The position numbers were made by a program, and so were the translations under genes. From NCBI GenBank assembly GCA_030390025.1, contig CM059430.1:62744001-62808000 (forward strand): DNA of 64,000 nt, in the 5' to 3' direction. Source of the DNA: Squalus acanthias (lineage: Eukaryota). Below, one piece after another: positions 25,039 to 37,630 of this stretch; position 1 is the first letter of the stretch; each line of letters begins with the position of its first letter. The notes under the pieces are model-generated. The model saw only the letters and a list, made by a program, of their open reading frames with translations. It ran no database searches and had not been told where the DNA came from.

Positions 25039-26514
25039 TCTGAGCAACAGATTCAACTGATGACTCTCTGCAGTAACTGCGCATTTGCAACTGTTAAGAA
25101 TGGTTTTCCGGTTTATTTTCTACGAGATCTGTCGCAATGACGTTTGACATCATGTAACTGCGGGTTCAGAGATTCGGCTTCGTTTGTGAAGTGGGATTTT
25201 CTAACTTTTGCACTTAATTCGACTGCTGGAATCACATGTGTGACAGACAGCAAAGAGTAAGGGAATCTATTTGATTTTCAAATGAAAAATGTACTAGCAC
25301 ACGCGGAGTCAGTGTTGTTTCCTGAAAAGTAACGGTAGTCTAAGCAGGTTGGACAGTAGAGGAGAAGAGTTGGAGGAATGTGGTTTGGTTGACCATGTCA
25401 AAGGCTACAGAGAGGTTGAGAACGAACAAAAAATGAGATTACGCACCATGGTCACAGTCACACATATTGTAAGTCATGACCTCGGTTAGGGCCGTTTAGG
25501 TGTGTGAGAGGTGGAAACTGGGTGGAGAGATTGAAAAAGAACTGTTGAAAATATAGCACGCGTCTGGGAGGTGACAACAGGGTCACTGTCTTAAGGGAGG
25601 AATGGGAAGTTGGAGATGTGGTGGTAGATTGCAAGAAGAGAGCTGTCGGGTGTGAGTTTATGAAGAGCTGATAGCAACGGTTTCCAAACGAAAGGAGACA
25701 GTCTCTTCGGAGAGGCAGCCGTCTACAATATTAGCTATCATGGGGGCCAGAACGGAAGTTGGGTAGTCAACGGTTAAGTCCGAACAGGGTCTATGGAGCA
25801 GGAGGTGGTTCGTGTGGATTAGATGAGCTTAGAGAGTGCATGTGGGAAGAAGGAAATGAAGATTCAGGACAACAATGATTCAGGGGTATGGTCTGATGTG
25901 TCTAGACATTTGGCCTAGTGTGTAAGAGGAAAGGAGGAAGCTGTAGAGGTAGCTGAGCGGATGGTCTCTATTTGATGACAAAGAAATCCATAAGTTCTAT
26001 GAACTTGTCCTTAGGGTAGAAAGGTTTCAGCAGGTGGTTGGTAGAGGGAGAAAGAAACGGTGGGTTACCATTGTTCTACAGGACAATTACAGGGCAGTGA
26101 TGAATTGCTGCAGAGAGCAGGGAGACTCTGAAACGCTTCACTTGGTCCAGTCAGAATAGGCTTTGGATGGCTACATCACTTGTTTGCAAAATGCGGTCAA
26201 GTGTGCGCATCTTGGACTTGAGGAGGTGAAGATAAATAGCACACCAAGGTTAGAACCAGGATGGGAGGCAGTGAAGGATTTGCTCGGAATAAGTGCACTT
26301 ATTCTTAATTTCTGTTTCTTATAAACAGGTTTCCAACCTGTTTCATTCGAGGGCGTGTACCGTTACCAGTTACACATCCCAGTAACCCACCTTGGTACAC
26401 AGCTGTAGAATCTATTACTCGCCATTGGAAATTTGATCATTTATGGATCTCCCATGCTGATGCTCAAAGTAAGTCTGAGGATCCAATATTCAACAAGAGT
26501 GCTGTTAGCTCTCC

Positions 26515-26695
26515 ATCATAGCTCATTGGTAGCACTCTTGCATCCGTGTCAGACGTTTGTGGTTTAATTCCCCACTCATGAGACTTAAACACATAATCCA
26601 GACTGCCACTTCAGTGCTGTGCTGGGGGATTGCTGCACTGTCGGAGATGTATTTTTCAGGTGAGACATTAAAAGGCCGTGTCTGGCCTCTCAAAT
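26515..26695 (+). mobile_element. Truncated Deu-domain SINE
   Basis: tagctcattggtagcactc head and tgctgcactgtcggag..tgagacattaaa core. Confidence 0.6.
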
Positions 26696-27115
26696 TGGTC
26701 TGTCTCTTTCCTTTCTTCTTCCTTTCTTTCTTTCCTTCCTTCTTTCCTTCTTTCTTTCTAGCTTTCTTTGTTCCTTCCACATAAGGGTTGCATCCAAATA
26801 TGACTGGCACCATAGTCCTCGTGGGTAGGTTAACTAGTGCTGTGGGGCAAGGACACCAGGATATAGCATTAGAGACAAGATGCAAGGTGCACAGTGGACT
26901 GGGAGAGACAAGCCGTATTAGAATAAACAGTAGTTCAGGAATAGGAGGAATCAGACAGGATGGAAATGCAAGGTAGAGTAAGATGTGCTTAGAGAGCATG
27001 TGCGTAAATACATGGAGCATGGTAAATAAGGTTGGTGAACTGCAGGCACAAGTAACCACGTGGGATTATGAAATAATGTCGGAATGGAAACAGGGCTCAA
27101 ATAAGAGCCCTTAAT

Positions 27116-27852
27116 GGGCCATATTTTGCGACCCCTACGAGTGCGTAGGAGGGGCGCACACGCCTGTAGGGGCCGCGCAAGTTCCGGGTTTAGGCATGCG
27201 AAGCGCATGCGCTGAAACCCAGCACTTGCAATCTGTCAAGAATCATCTTGACAGATCCTCCGCATCCCCGGGAAAAGGAGCTCTGCAGATGGAGAGTTGC
27301 GCTATTTGCCCAACTTCCGCACACTGAAACGCTGTGGAATTCCAAAGGCCTGCTTTTACCAGCAGAAGAGTTTTAAAAAATATAAAAATAAAATGTTGTC
27401 ACTCACTTATACATTAAAAGCCCTGTCCAATAAGATAAGTTTACATTTAAAACATATTTTAAAAAATTCAAAAAAATAAATTTTTGTTTAAAATTTTTAA
27501 TTAAATGTAATTTTATTTAATTTTATATATGTAATTTTTTAACATTTATTTCATGTGTTCTTGTATTTTTTATGTCATCACCATTCATACTTATGACAGT
27601 TCCATACATATTGAACTCCCATAAGTATGAATGGGGATTCCCTTCTTTCATTGGTTGGGCTGGCCCACGTGATCCCAGGGACACTTACGAACCGCATGCG
27701 CCCCTGGGATACGTGGGCCTCTCCGCATTTCTACCAGGAAAGGCCCAGGATCGCAAGCCTCCATATCTCCCAGACCACCAGGTAAATGCGTAGATTGTTT
27801 GACGATCGGAGGCGTCCGCTCGCGGGAAGCCTCCGATCGCAAATTCAGGCCC
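27116..27852. mobile_element. Harbinger-type MITE nested in a CR1 endonuclease fragment
   Basis: gggccatattttgcga .. tcgcaaattcaggccc, AT-rich core. Confidence 0.75.
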
Positions 27853-27979
27853 ATTATTCCTGGCTACAATGTATTCAGGAAAGGTAGGGAAGGGAAAAAA
27901 GAGGAGTGGGGTGTCAGTATTGACCAAAGGTACAGGTACAGAACCAGAAAGAGATTATGTACTTGAGGGTTCAAAACTA

Positions 27980-29790
27980 ACATAAAAGTGAATCCAAAAG
28001 TCTTCTATCGGCATATAAATAATAAATGGCAGTAAGATGAGGGTGGGACCGATTAGGGACCAAAATGGAAACCTGCGCATGGAGGCAGAGGGCATGGCTG
28101 GGGTACTAAATGCGTACTTTGCATCAGTCTTTACCAACGAAGAAGATGCTGCCAAAGTCAGAGTGAAAGAGGAGGGAGTGAGAGACTGGATGGGATAAAA
28201 ATTGTTAAAAGAGGAGCTACTAGAAAGGCTGGCTGTACGTAAATAGATAAATCACCAGATGGGATGCATCCTAGGATGCTGAGAGAAGTAAAGGTGGAAA
28301 TTGTGGGGGTACTGGCCATAATCTTCCAATCCTCCTTAGATACGGAGGTGGTGCCAGAGGATTGGAAAATTGCAAATGTTACACCCTTGTTCAAAAAAGG
28401 GTGCAAGGATAAACAACCCAGCAACTACAGGCCAGTCAGTTTAACCTCGGTAGTGGGGAAGCTTTTAGAAACGATAATCCGGGACAAAATTAACAGTCAC
28501 TTGGACAAGTGTGGATTCATTAAGGAAGGCCAGCAGGGATTTGTTACAGGCAAGACGTATTTAACTAACTTGATTGAGTTTTTTAATGAAGTAACAGAGA
28601 GGGTTGATGAGGGCAATGCAGTTGATGTGGCGTACATGGATTTCCAAAAGGCATTTGATAAGTGTGGCATAATAGGTTTGTCAGCAAAGTTGAAGCCCAT
28701 GTCATAAAAGGGACAGTGGCAGCATGGATACGAAATTGGCTAAGTGACAGAAAACAGAAAATAGTGGTGAACAGTTGTTTATCCGACTGGAAGAAGGTGC
28801 CCAGTGCTGTTTCCCAGGGGTCGGTACTAGGATCACTGCGTTTCGTGACATACATTAATGACTTTGACTTGGGTGTACAGGGCACAATTTCAAAATTTAC
28901 AGATGAGAATGAAGAGGATAGTGATACACTTCAATAGGACATTGACAGGCTGGTGAAATGAGTGGACACGTGGCAGATGAAATTTAATGCAGAAAAGTGC
29001 GAAATGATACATTTAGTTAGGAAGAATGAGAAAAGGCAATATAAACTAAAGGGTACAATTCTAAAGGGGGTACATGAACAGAGAGACCTGGGGGTATATG
29101 TGCACAAATTGTTGAAGGTGGCAGGCCATGTTGAGAAAGCAGTTAAAAAACATACCGGATCCTGGACTTCATAAATAGAGGCATAGAGTACAAAAGCAAG
29201 GAAGTTATGATGAACCTTTATAAAACATTGGTTCGGCCTCAACTGGAGTATTGTGTCCAATTCTGGGCACTGCGCTTTAGGAAGCTTGTGAAGGCCTTAG
29301 AGAGGGTGCAGAAAAGATTTACAAGAATGGTTCCAGGGATGAGGGACTTCAGATACGTGGATAGACTGCAGAAGCTGGGGTTATTCTCCTTAGAGCAGAG
29401 AAGTTTGAGAGGAGATTGATAGAGGTGTTCAAAATCATGAGGGGTCTAGACAGAGTAGATAGAGAGAAACTGTTCCCATTGGCAGTAGGGTCGAGAACCA
29501 GAGGACACAGATTTAAGGTGATTGGCAGAAGAACCAAAGGCGACATGAGGAAAAACTTTTTTACGCAGCGAGTGGTTAGGATCTGGAATGCACTGCCTGA
29601 ACGGGTGGTGGAGGCAGATTCAATCTTGGCTTTCAAAAGGGAATTGGGTAAGTACCTGAAAGAAAAATAATTGCAGGGCTAGGGGAAAGGGCGGGGGAGT
29701 GGGACCAGCTGAAGTGCTCTTGCAGAGAGCCGGCACAGGCTCAATGGGTTGAATGGCCTCCTTCTGAACTGTAACCATTCTATGATTCTA
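27980..29790 (+). mobile_element. CR1 LINE, 5'-truncated
   Basis: NYRPVSLTS, MDFQKAFDK, QGSVLG, LEYCVQFW, tail attctatgattcta. Confidence 0.9.
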
Positions 29791-31374
29791 TTTGGGTAGA
29801 ATTAAAGAAGCCATTACGCTGCTGGGAGTATGCCAATGGCCACCAAATAGTGGGAGGGAGAAAATCTGCAGGCAAATTGCAGAAAGGTGCAGGAACATTA
29901 GCGTATTGATAATGAGGGACTTAATTTATCCAGCATGGACTGGGAAAATAACAGTGTAAATGACAAAGAGGGGATAGAAGCTGTTTCTCACATAAAGAAT
30001 TAGACATCGAATGGCTCAGTATAAGTGGCTATTGAGGCAGAAACTATAATGTAATTCAAACGGCAATTGGATATGTGTTTTTTAATTTATTCTGTGGATG
30101 TGAGCGTCGCTGGCAAGGCCGCCATTTATTGCCCATCCCCAGTTGCCCTTAAGAAGGTGATGGCGGGCTTCCTTCTTAAACGCTGCAGTGCAAGTGGTTA
30201 AAGTGCTCCCACAATGCTTTTCGGTGGGGACTTCCAGGATTTTCATCCATCAACGTTGAAAGGGTATCAGGGAAAGGACAGCGAATGAACTGAGAGAGCT
30301 CCAGGTGACGAGGTGGTACTGGCACAGGCGGAATTGGCTCAATGGCCTCCTCCTGCTCTGCAATTTCAATGGTTCTATAAATTGGTTTTAGCGTCCCTGG
30401 GCAATGTCGGGGGTGTAATCAAGGTTCCAGCTCATGATCCCTTCTGTTACTAACATATTCAGTGATGCCGACTCGGGGTCACTGTCTAAGTTGACACATA
30501 AACAATTATCTCTTGAGCAAGCTCCGGAGACCCGCAAAACCCTCTGTATGCAGGGAAAATCAGCACTCGTCGAATAGGGGAGAAAATTTGTTTAAATAAA
30601 TATTTTGATGGTGATTTTCTGATTTAATAAACCATTAACGGACGTTGATTTTACATGTCCTACAATAATTCCCGTCAGCACCAGAATTACCAGTTAATCC
30701 AGAAACACCCTATCAATCAGCAAACGCGCGATTCCGCCACTGTGGCCCACACCTTAGGAATAAAAGCAAAGAGCTGCACGGTTATGTCAGACTGATAGCG
30801 GCAGTACAATTAAACCCTCAATGAAACAAAATAGGAACGACTGGAAGAACGTTAACAGAAAATAAATCATCTTTATATTAGAACCAATTATTATTTTGGT
30901 CTAAGGATTTCGCTAAAGATACCGAACAGAGAAATTTACCGCGAGGCTGCAAACAACGACCAGAGGAGTTCAGAGCCCAGTACTATCTGTCGATAATTTT
31001 GATAGCACGATTTTGTAATTTCAAGGTACTGCTTTACACATTAACTTTCTAGATACATGAGTTATATCAGCGTTGTATTTCAGACTTTATATTATAGCAG
31101 TCAGTCAAGTGCCATTAGACGCATTCATAGCGATGAAGGCCAGAGGAAACCTGAATTATCTGTGACCAGTAGTTGTTATCAGCTTTGAAGTGAGGTTCTG
31201 TATCTACTGATATTTCTGAGCACCGATGTGCTATTTCGAAATAGGTGCAGTGCACATAGGTACAGCACACTGCCTGACAAGGGCCAGGTTAGGATCTTGT
31301 GGCAACACCGTTCTCGGAAATCGTCTTATCGGCCTGGGTGACATTCACTGGCTGCTCGCCGAATCGGTCAGAAA

Positions 31375-31820
31375 GACTTGCATTTATATAGCGCATTTCA
31401 CGACCACTGGACGTCCCAAAGCGCTACCGTCAATGAAGTACTTTTGAAGTGTAGTCACTGTTGTAATGTAGGAAACGCAGCAGCCAGTTTGCGCACAGCA
31501 AGCTCCCCCAAACACCACTGTAATAATGACCAGAAAATCTGTTTCAGTGATGTTGATCGCGGGGTAAAATATGGGCCAGGACACGGGGATAACTCCCCTG
31601 CCCTTCTTCGAAATAGTGCCATGGCATCTTATACGTCCACCTGAGAGAGGGCCTCGGCTTAACGTCTCATCCGAAAGACGGCACCTCTGACAGTGCAGCA
31701 CTTTCTCAGTACTGTCTGGAGTGTCAGCCTGGATTTTGTGCTCAAATCTCTGGAATAGGACTTAAACCCACAACCTTCTGACTCGCAGGCGAGTGTGGTA
31801 CCGCAACTGAGCCACAGCTG
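31375..31820 (-). mobile_element. tRNA-headed Deu-domain SINE (SacSINE1/AmnSINE-like) with L2-type tail
   Basis: Head gctgtggctcagttg..ggtttaagtcc; central gtgctgcactgtcagaggtgccgtctttcggatgagacgttaa; tail shared with the L2 3' end. Confidence 0.7.
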
Positions 31821-32819
31821 ATGAGTGTGTGTAGGACTTGGGGCAGTGGAAGGAAATTAATCCTGCAATGTAGAGGCCACACCTTCCTCAACACAACCCA
31901 TTAGTCGAAATGAAACGCAAGGTGCATTCATTGTTTTAAATTTCATGCCTTGTAAGTGGGACAATATATTTCGTTATTGGAGGAAATATATTTTCAAATT
32001 TCTGGTCGCACTATAACTCAAACGGCTTTGTTTGAGCAGGAAATGTAGATTCCTCCCAGCCCACCAGAGCTGTGTAGGAACTGATTATTCACCAGCAACT
32101 TGCATTCATAAAGCACCTTCAATGGAATGAATACTTCCCAAGACGTTTCTCAAGTAGGATTATTCATCTTTCCAGCAGGATATAGAAATGGAGGGAGGAT
32201 GTCCGAGAGATGCGTTTTGACAACATTACACGCAACTTGAGATGTAAACAAAAGTAAGTATAGGTAGCGAAATTCCGAAAAGTAACACAAGGTGGCTGAA
32301 GGCTTTACCACCAGTAATGGTGGGATGGAAGGGGGTGAAGGGCAAATCCAGGCCTATATGCACTAAAATCCCTTGAATTTGGAGTGCGTATGGGACTGGA
32401 TAAAGTTGCAGAGATAGGGCGAGGATAGACAATGGAGGGATTTATAGATGAGGACAAGGATTTTGAATTGAATACATTAGACAACGGTGAGTCAGTTTAA
32501 GTCAGTGGCTGAGTGGTAATTAGTGCTGGATCAAATATATGCAGCAGAATGTTGGACAAATTGATGCTTATGAAGAATGAATGGTGACAGGCCAGTGCGG
32601 TAAGCATTAGAATTGTCAGGTGTGGAAATGCAAAGGCATATAAAAGTAATGGCTGCAGGAGGGAAAAGGGAGAGAGGAAATGTTGGGGACATGGATCAAC
32701 ACGGTGTTGGTGATGGATAGGCAGTGGGGTTTAAAGCTCATCTTACGGTTTACCAGGGTTGGTGGTGCACAATGTTATCAAAATGAAAATAATCAGACGT
32801 GGCAAGTCTAGCTCAGGTT

Positions 32820-33545
32820 TATTTTCTATTTCTATTTCTCATCTACATGCTCCCTCTCGGTGATATCATCCAAAAACACATCAGGTTGCACATGTACGCT
32901 GACAACACGCAGCTCTGTCTCACCACCACATCTCTCGACCCCTCCACTATCTCTGATTTGTCACATTGCTTGTCCGACGTCCAATATTGGATGAGCAGAA
33001 ATCTCCTCCAACTAAATACTGAGAAGAATGAAGATATTCTCTTTGGTCCCCGCCACAAACTCCATTCCCTGACCACCGTTTTCACCCCTGGCAACTGTCT
33101 GAAGCTGCGCCAGACTGTTTGCAACCTTGGTGTTGTGTTGGACGCTGAGATGGGCTTCCGACCACATATCACCAAGACATTCTACTTTCACCTCTGTAAC
33201 ATTGCCTGACTCTGATACTGACTCTGATGCTGCCTCAGCTCATCTGCTGCTGCTGAAACCTCACCCATGCCTTTGTTACCTCTAGACGTTACTATTCCAA
33301 TGCTCTCCTGGCCAGCCTCACATCTTCCACCCTACGTAAAATGTGCTCATCCAAAACTCGGCTGCCCATATCATAACTCGCACAGTCTCGTTCATCCATC
33401 ACCCGTTGTGTTTGCTGACCTATAGTGGCTCCCAGTCCGACAGCACCTCAATTTTAAAATCGTCATCCTTGTTTTCAAATCCTTCCACGGCCTCGCCCCT
33501 CCCTATCTCTGCAACCTCCACCAGCGCTACAAACCTTCGAGAGCC
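32820..33545 (+). mobile_element. L2-like LINE RT fragment
   Basis: LFLIYMLPLG..HMYADNTQL..NLGVVLD. Confidence 0.75.
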
Positions 33546-34269
33546 CTTGGCCACACTGCTGAAATAAAAGCCACCACAAAGCAAACTTTCCAATCCAACT
33601 TGCAAGTGTCCAGCAGCACTCCCTGCACACTTCAAAAAAACTTTTAACATGCATTGCACCAAGCCACTACTTCAATAAAATAAAAATATCCAGTCCAGAA
33701 ACTTGAATGCAAACTTACCTGAACGATGTCTGTGTCCCTTTAAGAGGTGTTGACAGCGCCTCTGTCAGTCTGCTGAAAGCTGGGTTTTCATGCCGAGTTT
33801 AGGATGCAGCGCTGAACTCAGCAACAAGGTCGAAGTTCGCTGAGGTGACGTTAAGTCGCGTTGCAAACCAACTTATGTCCCCCTCTCTTAATTTACATGT
33901 CCAGGGCCAGCGCTGCTATTGGCAGCGCTAATGCCCTCACCAAAATGATGGCCGCCGAATCCCGCACCAGAGAAGGGCGCTAGAGTGGCGGCCGCCATTT
34001 TTAGACCGGATCGCAGCGAAAACTCGTGGCAGTAAGTGGGCCAATTTCTAGCGCAATTCTATGACCTCATTAGCCGCTGGTAAAGAAAAACACACACACA
34101 GATTGTGTTACTGAAACCTGCCGAGGTTAATCCAACTGCTGTTTCTCTCAAACATATTTGATACATTTACAACAATTCCTCTGTGTGTTTCACACTTAAC
34201 GCACACCTTTAGATGTGACCCGGTTCCATTACTACTAATTCTTCCCTGACGGTTCACTATGCAATCATA

Positions 34270-35164
34270 GGCCAGGATTTTACGGTAATAATGACGGCGA
34301 AACTGTCAGCATTCTCCATCATTACTCCACTGAAACTAACAGCAACTTCTGGAGCCCACAAATGTGCAGATAAACATGAGATCCAGAAGTTACTATCAGT
34401 GATATTACGCTTCTCCACAGGCTCCGCTATTGAACTCCCCGGAGCCTGCAATCAATTCAAATCCTAACAGCAATGTGGGAGTACCTTCACCACACGGACT
34501 GCAGCGGTTCAAGGCGGCGGTTCACCACCACCTTCTCAAGGGCAACTAGGGATGGCCAATAAATGCTGGCCTTGCCAGCGACGCCCAGATCCCATAAGCG
34601 AATTTTTAAAAAATCAAGGAACTGCTGAAAACTTCCCCTTTTACACTGGCATATTGCTTTTAAAACCCCCTGAAAAAGTTAATCTTGTTGAAAGAGGTAT
34701 AACTGGGTTTTCAACGGCATACTGACGGCTGAACAACCGTTCTAGCCCTGAAAATCTAATTTTATATTTGTGGAATGTCAAATTTGTCCATTATGATCTA
34801 AAAAATTCCATGTTTTTTAAAATAATTTTTTTATACTGTGTTTATGATATTTCAGTATCTACCTTAATCCCATGTGCATGTCACAATCTTTATTTCCTCT
34901 CTAAAATGATTAAAAAGTAAAGGAAATGAGTGGATTTTACTTCCTGGTTTGCTGTCTGTGAGAATTCTTCAATGTAATTGACTGTTTTTCTTAGCAAGCT
35001 TGATGACATCATGGTTGCTGGAAGCTGGAGATTCCATTGACTTGGAGCATGAATTAAATTAACATCAGGAGAGGTGAAATCCACGCAACTGGATCTTTGT
35101 GGGCAGCTTTCTTCGAGGTCAGCGGCGAGCACCATCACTTTGCTGCTGACAGCAAAATCCGGGC
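34270..35164. mobile_element. MITE inserted in the pseudo-V exon
   Basis: ggccaggatttt .. aaaatccgggc; V sequence resumes on both sides. Confidence 0.7.
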
Positions 35165-35396
35165 AGATTACAGATTCCTAGAAAGTGGTCTTCAGCAACA
35201 GAAAGAACCTGCCTCCTTTTGTTTTCAGACCAAATCAGTTTCTGTTATCGGCTCCACTTTGCAGGTATTCATTCTCATCCTGTTTCCACCAACGCACTTC
35301 GACCCATGACTTGTCCTAAGGGGAATTACCCAGTAGAATGTGATGTCTGTCCCTTTGATTGCAATGACTTGTTCAGGAATTTAAGCCACTCTGGTC

Positions 35397-37328
35397 ATAA
35401 GAACATAAGAAATAAGAGCAGGAGTAGGCCATATGGGCCCTTGAGCCTGCTCCGCCATTCAATAAGATCATGGCTGATCATCGACCTCAACTCCACTTTC
35501 CCGCCAAATCTCCATATCCCTTGATTCCCCTAGAGACCAAAAATCTATCTATCTCAGCCTTGAATATACTCAAAAACTCAGCATGCACAGCCCTCTGGGG
35601 CAGAGAATTCCAAAGATTCACAACCCTCTGAGTGATGAAATTCCTCCTCATCTCAGTCTTAAATGGCCTACCCCTTATCCTGAGACTATGCCATCTAGTT
35701 CTAGACACTCCAGCCAGGGGAAGCAACCACTCAGCATCTACCATGTCAATCCCCTTCAGAATCTTGTATGTTTCAATGAGATCACCTCTCGTTCTTCTAA
35801 ACTCCAGAGAGTAGACCCGTTCTACACAATCTCTCATCATAGGACAGCCCTCTCATCCCAGGAATCAATCTAGTGAACCTTTGTTGCACCACCTCCAAGG
35901 CAAGTATATCCTTCCTTAGATAAGGAGATCAAAACTGTGCACAGTACTCCAGGTGTGGTCTCACCAAGGCCCTGTACAATTGTAGCAAAGACTTTCTTAC
36001 TCTTATACTCCAACCCCCTTGCAACAAAGGCCAACATGCCATTTGCCTTCCTTATTGCTTGCTGTACCTGCATGCTAGCTTTCTGTGTTTCTTGCACGAG
36101 GATACTCAAATCTCTCTGAACACCAACATTTGAAAGTTTCTCACCAATTAAAAATATTCTGTTTTTCTATTCTTCCTACCAAAGTGAATAACCTCACATT
36201 TCCCTACATTATACTCCATCTGCCAACTTACTGCCCACTCACTTAGTCTATCTATATCCCTTTGCAGATTCTTAGTGTTCTCCTCACAGCTTACTGTCCC
36301 ACCTAGCTGTGTATCATCAGCAAACATGGATACATTACACTTAGTCCCTTCATCTAGGTCATTAAAATAGATTGTAAATGGCTGAGGGCCCAACACTGAT
36401 CCTTGTGGCACCCCACTCGTTACAGCCTGCCAACCTGAAAAAGATCCGATTATACCTACTCTCTGTTTTCTGTCCATTAACCAATCCTCTATCCGTGCTA
36501 TTATAATACCCCCAACCCCATGAGCCCTAATATTGTGCAATAACCTTTGATGTGGCACCTTACCGAATGCCTTTTAGAAATCCAAATATACTACGTCCAC
36601 TGGTTCCCCTTTTTCTACCCTGCTAGTTTCATCCTCATAAAACTCTAATAAATTTGTCAAACACGATTTCCCTTTCATAAAACCATGTTGACTCTGCCTA
36701 ATCATGTTATTATTTTCTAAGTGCCCTGATACCACTTCCTTAACAATGGATTCCAGCATTTTCTAGACGACTGATGTCAGGCTAACTGGCCTGTAGTTCC
36801 CTGTTTTTTCTCTCCCTCCTTTCTTGAATAGCGGTGTTGCATTTGCAACCTTCCAATCCGCTGGGACCATTCTAGAATCTAGGGAATTTTGGAAGATCAA
36901 AACCAATGCATCCACTATCTCTTCCGCCACCTCTTGTAGAACCCTAGGGTGTAGGCCATCAGGTCCAGGGGATTTGTCAGCTTTTAGTCCTATTAGTTTC
37001 TCTAGTACTTTTTCTCTACTTATATTAATTACGTTAAGTTCCTCACCCTCATTAGACCCTTGGTTCCCCACCATTTTTGGCATGCTTTTTGTGTCTTCTA
37101 CTGTGAAGACAGATACAAAATATTTGATTAATGTTTCTGCCATTTCCTGATTCCCCATAATAATTTATCCTGTCTCAGCCTCTAAGGGACCAACGTTTAC
37201 TTTTGCTACGCTCTTCCTTTTACATACTTGTAGAAGCTCTTACAATCTGCTTTGATATTTCTTGCTAGTTTTCTCTCATATTCTATTTTTTCCCTTTTTA
37301 TCAATTTTTTGTCAACCTTTGCTGGTTC
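35397..37328 (-). mobile_element. CR1 LINE inserted in the pseudo-V exon
   Basis: RT motifs GVPQGSVLGP and FADD; TSD ctggtc at 35391-35396 and 37329-37334. Confidence 0.92.
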
Positions 37329-37492
37329 CTGGTCGAAGTACACGCAGCAGCTGTGAGAACATATAGTCAAAGTTTGTTTCATTGTATTAGACGCCTTACC
37401 AGAAACTTTAGAATACTTATCTATTTGCAAATGAAAGAGATAAAGTAGAATAGTGACAGATGAACGAGATTTCATTGAATTTATGTGCAGTA

Positions 37493-37581
37493 GAATACGC
37501 AGTAGATAGTGATATCGGTCCCTCTGAATGCAGTTGCTTGCTGAAGAAGTTGAGTGACTGTGATGGAAATACTGTAAGCAG
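37493..37581 (-). pseudogene. 5' stub of a third paralogous V exon (AYSISITVTQLLQQATAFRGTDITIYCVF)
   Basis: Acceptor ttcctgacag with upstream intron similar to exon 2; matches RVFQVPKQATVSRGGNITFYCMF; truncated after the first Cys. Confidence 0.75.
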
Positions 37582-37630
37582 CTGTCAGGAAGTATATTCA
37601 AAGTTTGGTTAATTGTATTCGATATGTATT

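Larger units (their letters stand above)
34200..37475 (-). pseudogene. Pseudogenised paralogue of the VJ-C1 receptor (leader + V exon), split by a CR1 and a MITE
   Basis: 55-nt leader 37475-37421 (MKSRSSVTILLYLFHLQI, donor mutated to ataagt). V pieces 37350-37329, 35396-35166 (WWKQDENEYLQSGADNRN*FGL) and 34269-34200 (YDCIV..SNGTGSHLKVC, donor ttaagt). Carries stops and a frameshift. Confidence 0.85.

Noticed and set aside
30689-30752. Exon-like segment on the minus strand (ttttattcctaag..gtaatt) downstream of the pseudo-V exon
   Set aside because: No similarity to the C1 or TM exons; contains a stop in the phase-1 frame
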